A stretch of DNA of 64,000 nucleotides from Podarcis tiliguerta. Taxonomy: Eukaryota. Positions 1 through 18,203 of the stretch are shown one piece after another (position 1 is the stretch's first letter; every line of letters starts with the position of its first letter). A program made the position numbers and the translations under genes. The DNA lies in NCBI GenBank assembly GCA_965153285.1, contig OZ229123.1. One strand, 5' to 3'. Under the pieces are notes generated by a model. That model saw nothing but the letters and a program-made list of their open reading frames with translations. It was not told the DNA's origin and searched no databases.

Positions 1-473
1 AGGTTGAGACCAAGCAACAAACATCTTCTCCCAAAGATGTCCCACAAGGCAGCATGGAGATTTTTCCTCAGGGTTTACTGCTGAAGGCTTTCTCAAAAAT
101 CAGTACAGCTTAAAGGCTTTAGGAACAGTGTTTGCTTCTCCTTCTTCTTCCCAGGTTGACAAAGCCCCAACTGCCCCTCACTTCCCTCTACAGCATGTGC
201 AGAAACTGCCTTTTTGACCGTTGGATCCACCATTCGTCTCATCTGCTCAATCCATCAGAGTCTGCCTTCACATGCAAGGGAAGTCCCTAACTCATAGAAG
301 GACTGAGACCTATTGGCTACCCTCACCTGGTTTAGCCATCCATTTGAAGCTGTTTTGTGGTCCGTTGCTGCTGTCACACACGGACAGCTTCTAGGAGCCA
401 CAGTTGCTCTAAACTGCAGTAGTAGTATTCTTCTGCTCAGGTCCATCTTATGAGTTTCCTACACAAATCAGGG

Positions 474-545
474 TGGCCATTGCAGCAACAGGATGCTGGA
501 CTAAATGGGCCACTGGCCTCATCCAGCAGGTCCCTTCTTATGTTA
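474..545 (+). mobile_element. CR1-type LINE/SINE 3' tail fragment
   Basis: aacaggatgctggactaaatgggccactggcctcatccagcagg...ttcttatgtt resembles the common reptilian CR1-like 3' terminus (recognised from memory). Confidence 0.5.
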
Positions 546-2276
546 ACATCATTTCAATTTTGATAGCCTCTCTGCCCTCCCAGTAATGAAGACAGTACTA
601 ATGAGCATCTCCAACAAAACTGATATCAATTGCCTTCTAAGTGACACACACGCTACAATAAAACGCTTCAGGGAAGTGCAGAATTAAAACCATAAAAGGC
701 TTTGTGCATCTGATGGACTGGGCCCTAGTTCCCAAATGACTGCACCATAATCCATTTGTTCACTCTTTAAGGTGGAACTCTGGGTTTTTTGCTCCTAGAT
801 GCAAAGCGAGAAATTCTGGAGGATAATCAGTTGGGTTTTTTTAGGAGTCAGAGAGAATGGAACCAGGAGGATGGGCAGCCAGCCAGAGGCTTTCCAAAAG
901 CTTTAAGACTCAAGGGCAAGAAGATACTCTGAAGGTAGCGGGCTGCGTTCCAACAGAGGAGAGGCAGAGGGAGTGTGATAAGGAACAATAATAGGCATGA
1001 CTGGCAACTCTACTGTAAAATTGGCCAACCGCACAATTCTTTCCATATTCATTAGAGGCAGATAAACATGAAGTCCTGTGATATGGATGCATCAAATGAA
1101 TGAGATCTGGGAGTCCTTGGCTGGCCAACAAAATCCAACCCTTTTAAAAAAATGGGCAGAAATGGGGAAAAGGATGGGGGATGACTTCCGTTTACCAACG
1201 TTCTGCAAGCACAGTGTGTCTTCACTGCTGATCATGCATGTACAAAATAAGGTTCCCTGCAAAATGGGAAGCTGCAAATGTCCAAAGCGAAGACAAGGCT
1301 AGTTGTCTGAATGGCTGTCAGCTATTCAGAAAACCCCTATAGGATTACTTTTTAAGACTTAATGAATTTGCCTCTATACAACACAAAGGGAAGATTTGCT
1401 TAATTTCGTTATCCACCACAACACAGCACTTCCGAAGTTATTGATTAGTGAGGTTGCATCCAACCTACATGGGGCAAGGCATTCTCTGTGGCAGCCACTA
1501 AACTGGAGAAACTCTCCTGCACTTTCAGATTTAAAGAGTTGGTTTCTTATTTAAAATATATTAAGTTCCTTATTTAAATTCTTTTATCCGTTTTGAAACT
1601 TCTGTAAGCATGAACAGGGAATTTTAAGCGTCTCTCCCACTATCTGAGGGTGGAAGCAAAATATGCATAAGCCCCAAGATTCACATATGCATCCCATAAA
1701 CCTACAGTCTGCACAACAGATCACTGTGTGAACTGCTCTCAAGATATGTGGTTCTCATTACTTTAGCCTGTCTGTCCTGTCCTTTATACATCTGGTCAAA
1801 GCACTAATCTTTTGAGCACTGCATTAATGCCAATGTCTGTCCATACAGACAACCATTTGCCAGTGCACATAAGCAATTGCTCAGCATACAATACTGACTA
1901 CTGATGTGCTTCTGTGCTCCACTCCTTACTAGCAACGTCCTGCTCTCTTGTAACTGCTGTTGATGGATTAAGACCAGCAATTGCCCCAATCTTATAGAAA
2001 CCAAGTCTCACACTTACTTCTGCATTGTAGACTACTCTTCTGTTAATTTCTGGTGCATAGATATACATGTGCATAGACATATGTGTTCAGTTTATCCTAT
2101 ATAAAGCCGCAAGATCGAGAAGATAACCTGAGCCAGCAAAGGTGCCCGCACATGAGGCTGCTGCTCACTTTACACAACAATGTAAAATATACTATTACCT
2201 GAATAGCATTATATACTAGGGCGATGGAACAAGGATCGAGTTTAACATACAGGCTGCAAAGAGTCTATTTGAACAA

Positions 2277-2282
2277 TTTATT
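2277..2282 (-). terminator. RPS15A polyadenylation signal AATAAA
   Basis: Plus-strand tttatt about 21 nt past the stop codon; very short 3'UTRs are typical of ribosomal protein mRNAs. Confidence 0.85.
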
Positions 2283-2303
2283 AGTTTGCCTGTTTTTACA
2301 AGT

Positions 2304-7173
<4,870 letters not shown>

Positions 7174-8689
7174 CTAACATGTATCAGTTTCCTTTCTTCA
7201 AATGGTGGCTCACTGGATTGCGTCGGGATGTTGGAAGCAGCACAAAACATAGGGAGCTAATTAAAAGAGTAATCAAAACACACTTTCTAATGGCATGTAT
7301 TATCTGCCGTTACGATGTGGCCACTCCAATTGCAAATAAATTGTTTAGCTCACTAGCCAGTTAAAGCTACAAGCTTTCATTCCCAAGACAAAGCAAGATA
7401 AGAGCAATTCTGCTCTTAAGTTTTGGATAAGGGTAGGAAGTTGATATAATAGCCTCAGTAACTGCCTACAGAAAGGGGTGACTGTCACAATGAATAAACT
7501 GTCTTTAGTAAGTACTGAATTGCAAGGGCACTACATTGTGTATTTCCAGAAAAAAATAATTGCAACTGTTCGACTTCTTTTCAAAGAGCTCTAACAACCC
7601 GAAATTATAAAAAAGCGTAGATGCAGTGCAGCCTTGCAAACAAGTTCACAAGGTACTAAGCTCAAATGCTTACAGTTACATATGGTACAGTAAAAGTTAA
7701 AACACAAAAATGATTAATTGCCTCCAATTCATAAGAACTGCCCAGGTTGGTTGCTCTGAAGGCTATTCTTACTTAGGAGTTGCAATCAGGAGAGTATTTG
7801 TCCAGTGCTGTTCATACACACATGCCCCCCAGTGCATCACACACAAACACTTCGAATTTAAGAGCTGCTTATGCATAAAACAAGATGATTTTGGGAGACT
7901 GCAATTGCTTTTTGTGCACAATTATCAGGCACTCATTGGGACTACATTAAGCTACCCTGCATCAAGATACACGAGACTAGATTGGGGATATCCTCAAAGT
8001 CTGTGTTGTCATTTGCTTTTAAGTCACATTTCCCCCCTAGAAAGACCTTTAACAGATTATGTAGTTGCCATGACTACATGGAGGTGAAGAGGAGTCCCTT
8101 TGTACTCAAATGAACGCATATATTATACTTTGTATTTTCAGAAAAGAAGTCTTATACTGTCTCTGGGGTACTAGTCCAAGCAAGGCCCTGAATTCAGGAT
8201 TCCTTAATTTGGGTTAAAACAATATCATATTTTGACACCTTAAACAAAGTCATATACTCATGTTAAGGACAAGGAGCAACAATGTTCAGGGGCACTATTG
8301 AATGCCAGTTGCTGGGGAGTCAAAGTGAGGGAGGCCCATGCTTGTGACCATCCCAGAAGCATCTCTGGGAAACAGGGCACTGGACTTCACAACTTTAGTG
8401 TGATCAAGCAAGACTTCTCATCGTTTTTACAGCTGCAGACCAACACAGCAACCCTTTGAAATATTAACACAACTGCTCTGATGTATTTGCAGTAAGAATG
8501 CCACAAGAGATGGGCTTTTGTCTCCCCCCCCCACACACCGCTTACAAGTTTTAACATTAGCGATCCCCAAAAGTAAAGAGTTCTATTGCAAGCACTTGGT
8601 AAGGCAAACTACCCGCTCCAGCAACTGGAATGCATGAGAAGCTGAGGGCCCCAAACTTTGCTGCCCCAGTGAAACATCCAGCGACCCCT

Positions 8690-9400
8690 AGATGTTAAGG
8701 GGCGACCCGGAGCTGAATGCCACCCATGTCGGCCTGCTCTATAGCAGCAGCCTGCAAGCCACCCCCGCCCAAGCTGGTGCAGGCGCCCGTGTCTCGCGAG
8801 GACCTAAAATGCAACCACGAGGGGCACATGGAAGCTCCACTACGTGCCCTGGGGCTTGCACGCATGTAAAATAAGTTGCAGCCCGAACGCGTGAACACGC
8901 AGCCGTGCCCGGCGTTCTTCGTCCAGCAAGGCACCTTCTGCCTGCCTGCTGGCCAAGGCCTCCCCAGTCAGGCACAGCCCGCCAGCCCTTCCCCAGACCA
9001 AGGCATTCCTCTCCCAACCGTTCTTTTCCCCCCCCCGCTCCGTTTAGGCGGCCGCCGCGAGGCTCAGGAGAAGCGCGGTCATCTCCAAATAAGCTGCGCA
9101 GGTCGAGCGGAGCCCCAGCTTTCAGGAACCGGGTCGACAGCGGCCCAAGGAGACAGGATGGGTTCGATATACGACGGATGCCACCCAGGAACGGCCATCG
9201 CCCGCTACTCACCAGTGCAGCAATATGGCGGAAAAAGGAAGGCGGCTGAGCGAGCGCGGGGTGTTATGGGAAATCGAGGCGGCAGGATAACAAGGAAGTG
9301 GCGGGATTTCTCTCGCGAGATTACCTTGTTCCCGGGTTAAAATGCCTCGGGGAGATTTCCGCTCAGCCAGTGCTCGTCAACGGCTTCGCTTTGGACCCTA
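8690..9400 (-). promoter_or_regulatory. RPS15A CpG-island promoter
   Basis: CpG-rich; TCT motif near 9237; YY1-type site 9222-9231; ETS/GABP-type AGGAAGTG near 9293-9300; perfect TCTCGCGAGA palindrome (BANP-type motif) 9311-9320 and a near copy near 8792-8800. Confidence 0.85.
9213..9242 (-). other. RPS15A: RPS15A non-coding exon 1 with 5'TOP/TCT initiator
   Basis: Minus strand reads CCTTCCTTTTTCCGCCATATTGCTGCACTG|GTGAGT: pyrimidine tract, YY1-type CCGCCATNTT, canonical donor. It would splice to the acceptor at 7130 (cag|GCATC-ATG). Confidence 0.9.
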
Positions 9401-9769
9401 GAGAACAAAATGTAGAGGTATCTTGTGCTAAGGCTGAATCGACACACAGGGCTCAATTTTCTGATCTTTTAGGACGCGATCTTCTGCGTACTCATTTGGA
9501 GCAAACCTGTTGAAATCACTGGGACGTCGCTTTGAGTCGATAGCTGCAGTGTTCAGAATGTCCTTGAGCTGGTTTTTCCAGGATTTTTTATTTTTTTGGC
9601 AGCAGCTTCTCCACTCAGAAACAGAAAGAAACGTATGCATGCCATATTTGAGGGGATTCTTAAAAATAAAATTTTGGAAGCAGAAAACATTTGAAAGTGG
9701 AACATGTCTGCATGCAAGTCAATGAAGCGAACGGCTTCTGTGTTCAACAGACCGCTGGATTCAGGCTTG

Positions 9770-10150
9770 ATCTCTCGATAATTTTTACATGGGAGATTAT
9801 GAGTTAGAAAGAGTACTTCCGCCAAGATTTCTCAGCGGCAGCTACCCGGAAGTTACCGACACTACATTTTCCTATCTCTGTGGCCTGAAGGCAAGGCGTC
9901 TTCAAACAGCTCGGCCGGAGTTGGCAGAGAGCGGACTCCCAGCGGCCCTTTCGGTTTTGGTATCCAGTAGCAACCAAGGACGCTTCCGGAAAAGGGGCGG
10001 GGCCAGGCGACGGTTTTGTAGGTGCTCAGCCTGTTGCTGTCACTGCGCGGCAGGACTCCGTCGCATGAACTCATTCTACTGTACTATATGCACTACACGT
10101 TTTATCCCGTTTCCTCCAGGCCACACACACGCGAGTTGCTCCAAGGCACC
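9770..10150. promoter_or_regulatory. Second CpG-rich promoter-like cluster upstream of RPS15A
   Basis: CCGGAAGT 9846-9853, ACTTCCGCC 9815-9823, ZNF143-like ACTACATTTTCC 9861-9872, GC box GGGGCGGGGC 9994-10003, minus-strand TCTTTCT 9812-9806. Confidence 0.5.
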
Positions 10151-10221
10151 ATATAGGGATCTTCCCTATCCTCCATTTTACTCTCACAGCCACCTTAAGT
10201 GAGATAGGCTAGGGCAGAGTC

Positions 10222-10312
10222 CATAGCTGTCAACTTTTCCCTTTTCTTGCGAGGAATCCTATTCGGAATAAGGGAATTTCCCGTTTAAAAAAGGGAAACG
10301 TTGACAGCGATG
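10222..10312. mobile_element. 91-bp palindromic MITE, CATAGCTGTCAAC termini (copy 2)
   Basis: TIR catagctgtcaactttt...aaacgttgacagcgatg; 8-bp TSD gcagagtc (10214-10221 / 10313-10320). Confidence 0.85.
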
Positions 10313-10349
10313 GCAGAGTCCCCCAACCTTGGGTTCCTCGGGTACAATA

Positions 10350-10570
10350 CAATGGTACCTCGGGTTAAGTACTTAATTCGTTCCGGAGGTCCTGAAACTG
10401 TTCTTAACCTGAAGCACCACTTTAGTTAATGGGGCCTCCCACTGCTGCCGCACGATTTCTGTTCTCATCCTGAAGCAAAGTTCTTAACCCGAGGTACTAT
10501 TTCTGGGTTAGCGTAGTCTGTAACCTAAAGCATATGTATCCTGAAGTGTATGTAACCCAAGGTACCACTG
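10350..10570. mobile_element. TcMar/Tigger-like MITE family A, nested in an older hAT-like MITE (about 10215-10691)
   Basis: TA-caatggtacctcgggtta...taacccaaggtaccactg-TA; host ends cagagtcccccaaccttggg / cctaaggttgaagaaaactg with internal gatgatgggagttgtagtcc. Confidence 0.85.
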
Positions 10571-13069
10571 TATTTTGTATTTGATTTGTATTTTGTATTT
10601 GATGGGAGCCCTTGACTATTGGATAAGCTAGCTGGGGATGATGGGAGTTGTAGTCCAAGGACGTCTGGAGACCTAAGGTTGAAGAAAACTGGACTAGACT
10701 AGGGTAACACAGACCAGGTTGCCTGGCCTGTTTCATCAATGATTTGAACCTGCCTCTTACATGTTGCCTTCTTGAGGGCAATGAGGCAGATCTGGTGCTG
10801 TGCCCTGAGTTTTGGTACCATCCAGAAGGCTGAACCAACCGCCTCAGGTGGCAGAATCCTCAGGTGGCGCCCCACCCACTGCCGCCACCAAGAAGGCAGG
10901 GCAGGTTCCAGCAAGAGCTCTGCAATTATTCTAGTGCAGTCGCCCCAATGGAAAATGTGACATGTTCTCAGTCCTTTATTTAAGAAGCATGAAGGGTTCC
11001 CCACCCAGGCAGCTCCTCTGTCTGTCTCCCGTTAGGCCTAGCATGGGCAGAAATGAGCAGAAATGAGCACAGGAACAAATGTAAAGGTTAATATTATTTA
11101 TTAAGAGTATTTATATGTGGCCCTTTAGGCATAAAGTCTCCTAAGAGGGGCTTGCAAAAATCGACAACCTAAATTTGCCTTTGTACAGTAGTTTCTATGC
11201 ACTCACAAATCTTTCTCCATCTTCCATCCAGAGAAGGAAGAGGCATTATGAAAGTTCAGTGACACATTTGAGACAGGCAAAAATAATTAGGGTGTGAAGC
11301 AGTGCCAGGGGAGAGGGGGTGGCTGGGGGGGAGGTTTCAAAGTCCAGGGAGATAGCATTCGGCCCCTTGGTCTGAGATTCCCCAGCTTGCTAGACCCTAT
11401 AATGTTATATAGATGTTACCAAGGAAAATCCTCAGAAGGTGCCAAACCACTTTCTTAGGAAGGGATAAAAGGAAGTCTCAAGCAAATGTGGAAATATTTT
11501 CAGCCTCACAAGGTTGAGGCATGAGGTATTTCCTAAACAGACTGTTTTACCAACACCGAAAGGGTTACATTATGCAACAGAGTGGAGGAAAACGTGAGGG
11601 GAACCTAAAGGCTTCAGCAGCAGCCTTTTGAAGTAGGGGTAGGCAGATGGTAGAGTAGAATCTACTAGTAGATCTCTGGTGATGATTGGCAGTTAGCTCA
11701 TAAATGGTTTGTGCTTGCAAAGGAGCATCACCATCAACCAAAAGTCTTTTTCTCCTCTTAAACTAGCTAGCTCAGATCAAGAAAGCCTGGGAAGACTGAA
11801 GATTTGTCTTTTTAAAAAAAGGCGGGGTCTAGATCTGGTAAGGAAAATAAATTTAAACTGAGTACATGCTGAAGGCTGTTATGCTATTCTACATCTGCCT
11901 TCCTGAGCCACTATTTTGCATCTGGCTCTGTTTGAAAGTTCAAAACTGAATTCTGCCCACTTGTGTCTTAAGACATCAATAAGTTAGCTCCAATTTTGCT
12001 ATGACTTTATTTTCTTGGTTAGATTAGTGGAGAAAAGCAGACAGGGCCTTACATACACATTCAGTGATTGCCATTTTTTTCTTCTACTAACATTTTTATT
12101 CAACTTTTAGCTCTCTAGATAATACATTTATTATCCATCTACATTACGTATCAACGCAATCAAAAGTAAAGCAGCAACATTAACCAAAAAAGGGCTGGTA
12201 CGTGGAACTTATTTCCCCTCCCTCCAAGTCTTTTCTCTACCTTCCCACCCTACATGGCTCCCTTCTAAATCATATTACAACATTGCTTTCCCTTCACGTA
12301 AAACACTGCACTCCTACCCAAACTAGGTAAAGTTGGTTTAGTTATCCTGTCTAAAATAAACACACAAAATTTGGGGGTGGGGATGGGTAGGACTTATGGG
12401 AAAGTGTGATGTTTTTGAAAGAAACCGGTTCCTGTCACTTAAGCTATCACTAAATCATTCTAAAATAGTTTTATATTTCACCATCTTGTTGCTAGTGCCC
12501 ATAACTGCTAGATACAGGAACTGCCATCACAGACTTCCAATGACTAAATATAATTCATTTTGCAACTATAAGTTCTCACTTTTCTCAGGATTTGTGTGCT
12601 TCTAATGTCCAAACTGAAGGTATAATGCCAAATATGGTATTCATGAATGGGGAAAAAACTTACTGCAATGCTAACTAAGTTGGCATACCAAAATATTTCA
12701 ACCCAAGGAGCAGTAATAGGTAATGTTGCTCCTTTCACCTCCTGAAGAAAGCCTGCTTCAGGGATTTCTCTTTTCACTAGCCTTAGTAATAGGCTTTGTT
12801 TCTTCTCCTAAGGCAGAGATCTTATGAGGTTGCTCTAATGAGTCCAAAAATGGTTTTTCATTTGTTTGGAAAAACAGAATGTCCTGACTAAGATTCACAT
12901 GTCACAAGAGATCCAACATAGGCATGTTTAAGTGATAAGGGCCCTAGTGTCCTTATGCAGACAAGTTATCTGCACCATGTTACAGACTAGTATGGCAGTA
13001 AAAAATGAGCCACATCCCACCCCTAGCATTCAAAAATGTTACATGTGCGTGAAGAGAGAAATACGGCTT

Positions 13070-13075
13070 TTTATT
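13070..13075 (-). terminator. ARL6IP1 probable distal poly(A) signal AATAAA (proximal candidate at 13818-13823)
   Basis: Plus-strand tttatt about 1.15 kb downstream of the stop, followed on the minus strand by U/GU-rich sequence. Confidence 0.6.
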
Positions 13076-14216
13076 GTTGTGAGCCAAATAGTAAGAGAGT
13101 GATGATAAAAATATTTGTGTTAGTTCTAGTTAGAAGACTTTCTGTCCCTTGCTGCCAATGCTGCCAACACAGTTATGGCCTTTCGGGCTTCACTATAGGC
13201 AATATATCACAAGAGCAACTTAAAAACTTTTGTCCTTTTGAGACACATTTACAAAAAATGTGTACTGAATTACAGTGTTTCAGAGAAAACTGAAAGGTTG
13301 GGAACTTATAATGAAAAGCAGCTACCATCTGTAAGGCAGTAATGTAAGCAGCAGATCTCATTTTGTCAAAAAAGATAATAATGAAACAATTTTTTTTCAA
13401 GATTTCTCAAGTCTATATTTTCAAACGTAAGATAACACTGTTCATCAATTTACAATTAAGACAGAAATTTGCCTGTTAAACGGAAATTTAAGATGCCTAT
13501 CATTTTAACAGGTTACAAACTTTTACTTAAGAAATGTGTAGTAAAAACAAAATAGCATTAAGAAAACACAAATAACTCCAGAGACTTGTTGGCAAGACAG
13601 ACGCATCACGTATTTTCAACATGATTTTATATAAGACCATATTTTTAAAAAACTACAGACATGTTTCACAACACCAAAACTAGAGCTATTTAAATAATAG
13701 AAGCAATGAAGTTGACTGTCTGTGCATCCTGACTTAAGTTTTTCATTCAGTTTCAGTGCAATTAAGTTGCATTGCAGAGCTACAACTACAACTGGGATTC
13801 AGAGTTTAGGAGCTTTGTTTATTCAAATCACCTGTCACCTACAACATCGTACGTTTAGCAATTTAATCTAGAGGGCATTTTGAAGTAAATCTAGACAGTC
13901 CAGCGGGTCCTTAAAATGCTCAAAAGGAATGGAAAATGTTACCCAGTTCACCACCACCAGTTGTTATTGATCAGTCTTATTACAGTATTGAAGTTGCTAG
14001 TCACACTTACTGTAAGAATAACTGTCCATGTTAGAAGACTATTAGTGTGTGACTGAGGGACCATACAGTTCCTGTTTAAACAGCACAAGAAGGGCCCTTA
14101 TTAAAATCAAAAAGCGATGACTGAAATAAGCACTTCTATACTATTAAACACACAATAATTCATTGAATTGTTCCCAGAACACAATTATACTATAGAGTGA
14201 ATTAGCAAGCAATGTT

Positions 14217-17200
14217 TCATTCGTTTTTCTTCTCCTTTTGCTTCAGGAGTTTGTTGACCTCCCTTTTTGCCATTCCAGCATATTTTGAAATTATTCCGTG
14301 CTTGTTTAACCCAGGAAACAACAAGAAGCAGCTCACTAGGGGAGAGTAAAGAAGAAGTTATCACCAACTATGTTCATTTGCAAATCCATCCCCCATACCG
14401 ACTCATCTAATTTATGTTGCAGTCGCTTCATTATAGGCATCCCAACTACAAATATCTCCCCCATTCTCTATTGTGGAAAAACACAGCATTATTCTGCACC
14501 ACTTACCAATAAGGTAGGTGAGGAAGAGGTTATGAACTTGCTGTCCTATCCAAGCAATCACAGCTAAGGAACAGAGCATTGTCATGAAGTACTAGAAGAG
14601 AAATAAGAATGGTAGTAGTCCTTAAAAGTAAGTTATGAAGGCATGATAGTTACCTCTCTAAGTACTTTCCCTGCTGCTATTAAAAGCAGCATTATTGATT
14701 TAGCATGGATTCTGAATGAGTGAACAAACAAACACACTTAGCAGTATATCTCATTCACTTCAGTGGAAATTTATTTCAAGCAAGTAGGTTTTAGGAGCTT
14801 AGCTTAGTTATTGGCTTGCTGGATGCATTATGACGATGTTATAAATTGAAGACAGGAATATATTTGCATACCACTATAATAACTGTCCTAGAGACTATGA
14901 AGCAAAAAACAACAACCAAAAAGTGCCTGAAACAAAAGTGGGGGAGGGGGAGAGTGTCAAATACTCAAATCAAGATACCATAAAAAGCTCTGATCAGATG
15001 GTGTGTGCACTTACATTTTAGGTAAGAAAAGGGGATTTTCATTTAAAAAACAAATATACATGCCAGTCACCAAAAGCATTTGTTTTTGTATATGTAAGGC
15101 AGAATGGATTTATAAAGCAACATCCAATTTGCAATAAGGATGAAACATTTTCAGAGAAGCACATATATTACCATTTTAGGCTTTTCCTCCTTAAATGTGA
15201 AAAGACGTTTCCACCAACCAACAATTCCGCGCCGTGTTTTTACCAGGTTGCTACAAATTTCATGGAACCGCTGCTGTTGTTCAGTAGTCCTTTAAAGAAA
15301 TTATTTTGAACAAAACTCTTGATATTATGGTCTTGCCTCCACTTTAGAAACTGCACATGAGCAACCATTAACATCTCGACCTCCTGCCACCCAGTTCAAA
15401 ATTTGATGCATTTTAATGTCCCGTTCATATATGTACAATATATATTTCTTTGATTCTCTACTATAACTATTCACTGTTAGGGTGATCAATAAGAAGATCG
15501 TATATATTTTAATGGACTAAAACTTGCATTAATTTGCAGTTGACATGTGTTCTGAATGACCAGATATTATGAAGAATTTACCATTAACTGCAAATCTGTG
15601 TCCTATTCAGCAAATCACCATTTCCAGCAAAGACGTTCTTCAGCTGTCTCAAAACTTTCAGTTAGATGGCAACATCTTTATATATATTTACACCCCAAGA
15701 ATCCATGACAGCCAGTGGTTTAAAGGCTACAGCTCTGTTTTTAGTCTACTATCAATGTGCATGGTGCTGTAGAGAGTAACATAAGGGGGACGGGAACAGG
15801 AGGAAAAGATAGGTTCCTGCCTCAATGACCTTGCAGTCTAAACATAATTATACAAGCAAAGGTATCAAACAGAAAAAAGAGACAACCGAGCCTTTAATAT
15901 ACACAGATATTGTTGCTCTAGGTCAGGCATAGGCAAACTCGGCCCTCCAGATGTTTTGGGACTACAACTCTCATCATCCCTAGCTAAAAGGACCAGTGGT
16001 CAGGGATGATGGGAAGTGTAGTCCCAAAACATCTGGAGGGCCGAGTTTGCCTATGCCTGCTCTAGGTAGTAGAACAACACTAGTTATGTCAGAACACTAG
16101 GTAGAAGGATTTTTGTTCAGGACTGATGCACATAGTTAACACTGAATATATGTTGGTTCAATTCTATTCTTGCTAAATGTTATACTTAAGGGACTGTCAA
16201 ACAACATACCATTTACTGGAGCCAAAAATTCTAGGAGCAAGAGCAGGTACAAGGTAGTCAGCCAAACAAAGCAGCATAACAAAGCAAGAAACACCTGAAA
16301 GAACAGATGGGTCCAAGTAGTAGATCATCCTGTTGGGGCAAGAAAAATGTTGTTATCTAGTGGCAAAATATTTAACAATGTGATTAAAGGAGGTGTGGAG
16401 AAGTAGCCTCCAAATTTTATTTTGAAGTACCTAACTCCCATCAGCCCCAGCCAACATAGCCAGTAGCTGAGAAATAATGCCTCAATTTAGTTTCTGCAAT
16501 GGCATAATCACCAATGGGAGAGTAGGTTGGAAGGAGACAGAAAATGGAAGTTTGGAAGGAATAAAAAGTTGTTGCTCTTCCCTATCATTTCCAATTAATA
16601 GGCTAGGCCCTTCTATGAAATAAAATGACTAGGAATGCCCCCAAGTTTGAACATATATTTGGTTTTTTATAGCAGCACTGTTTTCCCAGCTGCATAAAAC
16701 TTCCCATGTACTTTTTATACAGCAGAGCAGTACTGAAAACTTCAGGAAAGTAACTACTAGCTTAACTGTCTTTAGCATTATTATTTTTTGTAACATTCTC
16801 TCCAATAACTTACAGAAAGATGAAGGAAACTACAGCAATCATAGCAGGTGGAAACCATGGTTTTTCCCAACGAAGGATTTTGTCTGTCACCAGAATCACT
16901 TCACCCCATCCTTGCAACTGCTCTTCCAAGCTAGCTGTCTCTGCAGCCTGTGAATAAAAGCATTTTAACATATGTAATTGCCCCAGGCAGAAAAATGCTT
17001 ACACAACGCATATGCTTCATTGGACATGTAGGCTATCTTATGTTAGACAATATAACAGCTTTATCCTTACTTTGCTTTACAGAATATAACTCAGTTTTTT
17101 ATGTCTGCATCCTCTTAACTAGTCCTTTTAATTTGAAGCTTTATGTCTATCATGCAACAAAATATCTAGTTACTCCCAACTAGGAGAACAGTGACATATT

Positions 17201-18159
17201 CATAGGATATATTTCTACATACTGAAACTTCAATCCAGAGTTCCCATGAGCAGAACAGGATGCTCTGGCTAGAGCAAAAGGGTTGTGGATGCAATTTACA
17301 CCAATTCTTCCTTCCTCCTGCAGCCAATGAAAAGCTGCTCTAGAGGTTTGGGGATTCCTTACCTTAAGGTCAGAGGAGAAAGGGGAAATTGGCAGAAATT
17401 GTCTTTCCCACATTCCTCAAGCGGGAACCTCTTCTAGAACCACAATGACAACTCTAGATCCAGTAATTAGGATTTTTCATAACAAAGAGCTATTCTACCT
17501 GCTATTTATTGCTATGGCACCATCTTGTGAAATCTTTGCTCCAGGACCTTATTTTGAGACTTGTTCTGATTCTAGCTTGGATATTAGGATAAAATTTATC
17601 TGGCTTATGGAGAACCCAAATCTTATGATCATGAACTTGAGCTGCATGAGAAAGTAACTCAATATAAACAAAATATTTAATTTCTTTTTTTTTTTGCAAG
17701 CAATATATATTTGAAATTAAACTGTTTTTACATTATTTATTATCCCAACAGTGTTAAATGCTATGCAAGGTTCTATGTGCAAAATTGGATTTACCAAAAT
17801 TTTAATTAACTCTGAATAACTGTTACTTTGGACATCCTACCCAGTGTGTTTTGTACTGATTGCTGTCTCAGCCCAGGACCATAAACTGAAGACTTGTGAA
17901 TAGTACGTAGGTGAAACTTTCATAATGAACCATGAAGGGGGGGAAAGACCTGCCACTGAGATCTACACACTGTATAAAATTCCTGCTAGTCTAGCATGTT
18001 TAATGCTTCATTATTTTGAATTCTAATTTCTGTTCTTCAATTTCTGTCCATTTCCTAACATGACCTTCTAGATCAGGAAGATATAGGGAGTTGTAGCCAA
18101 TAAATTTTGTTTCTAAACATTTCTCTCTTCCCTTGAAGCTTAGATCTGTAAATATTCTA

Positions 18160-18203
<44 letters not shown>

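Noticed and set aside
8692-9513. Overlapping 110-157 aa ORFs on both strands
   Set aside because: Expected stop-codon depletion in the GC-rich RPS15A CpG island; Pro/Arg/Gly-rich with no recognisable domain.
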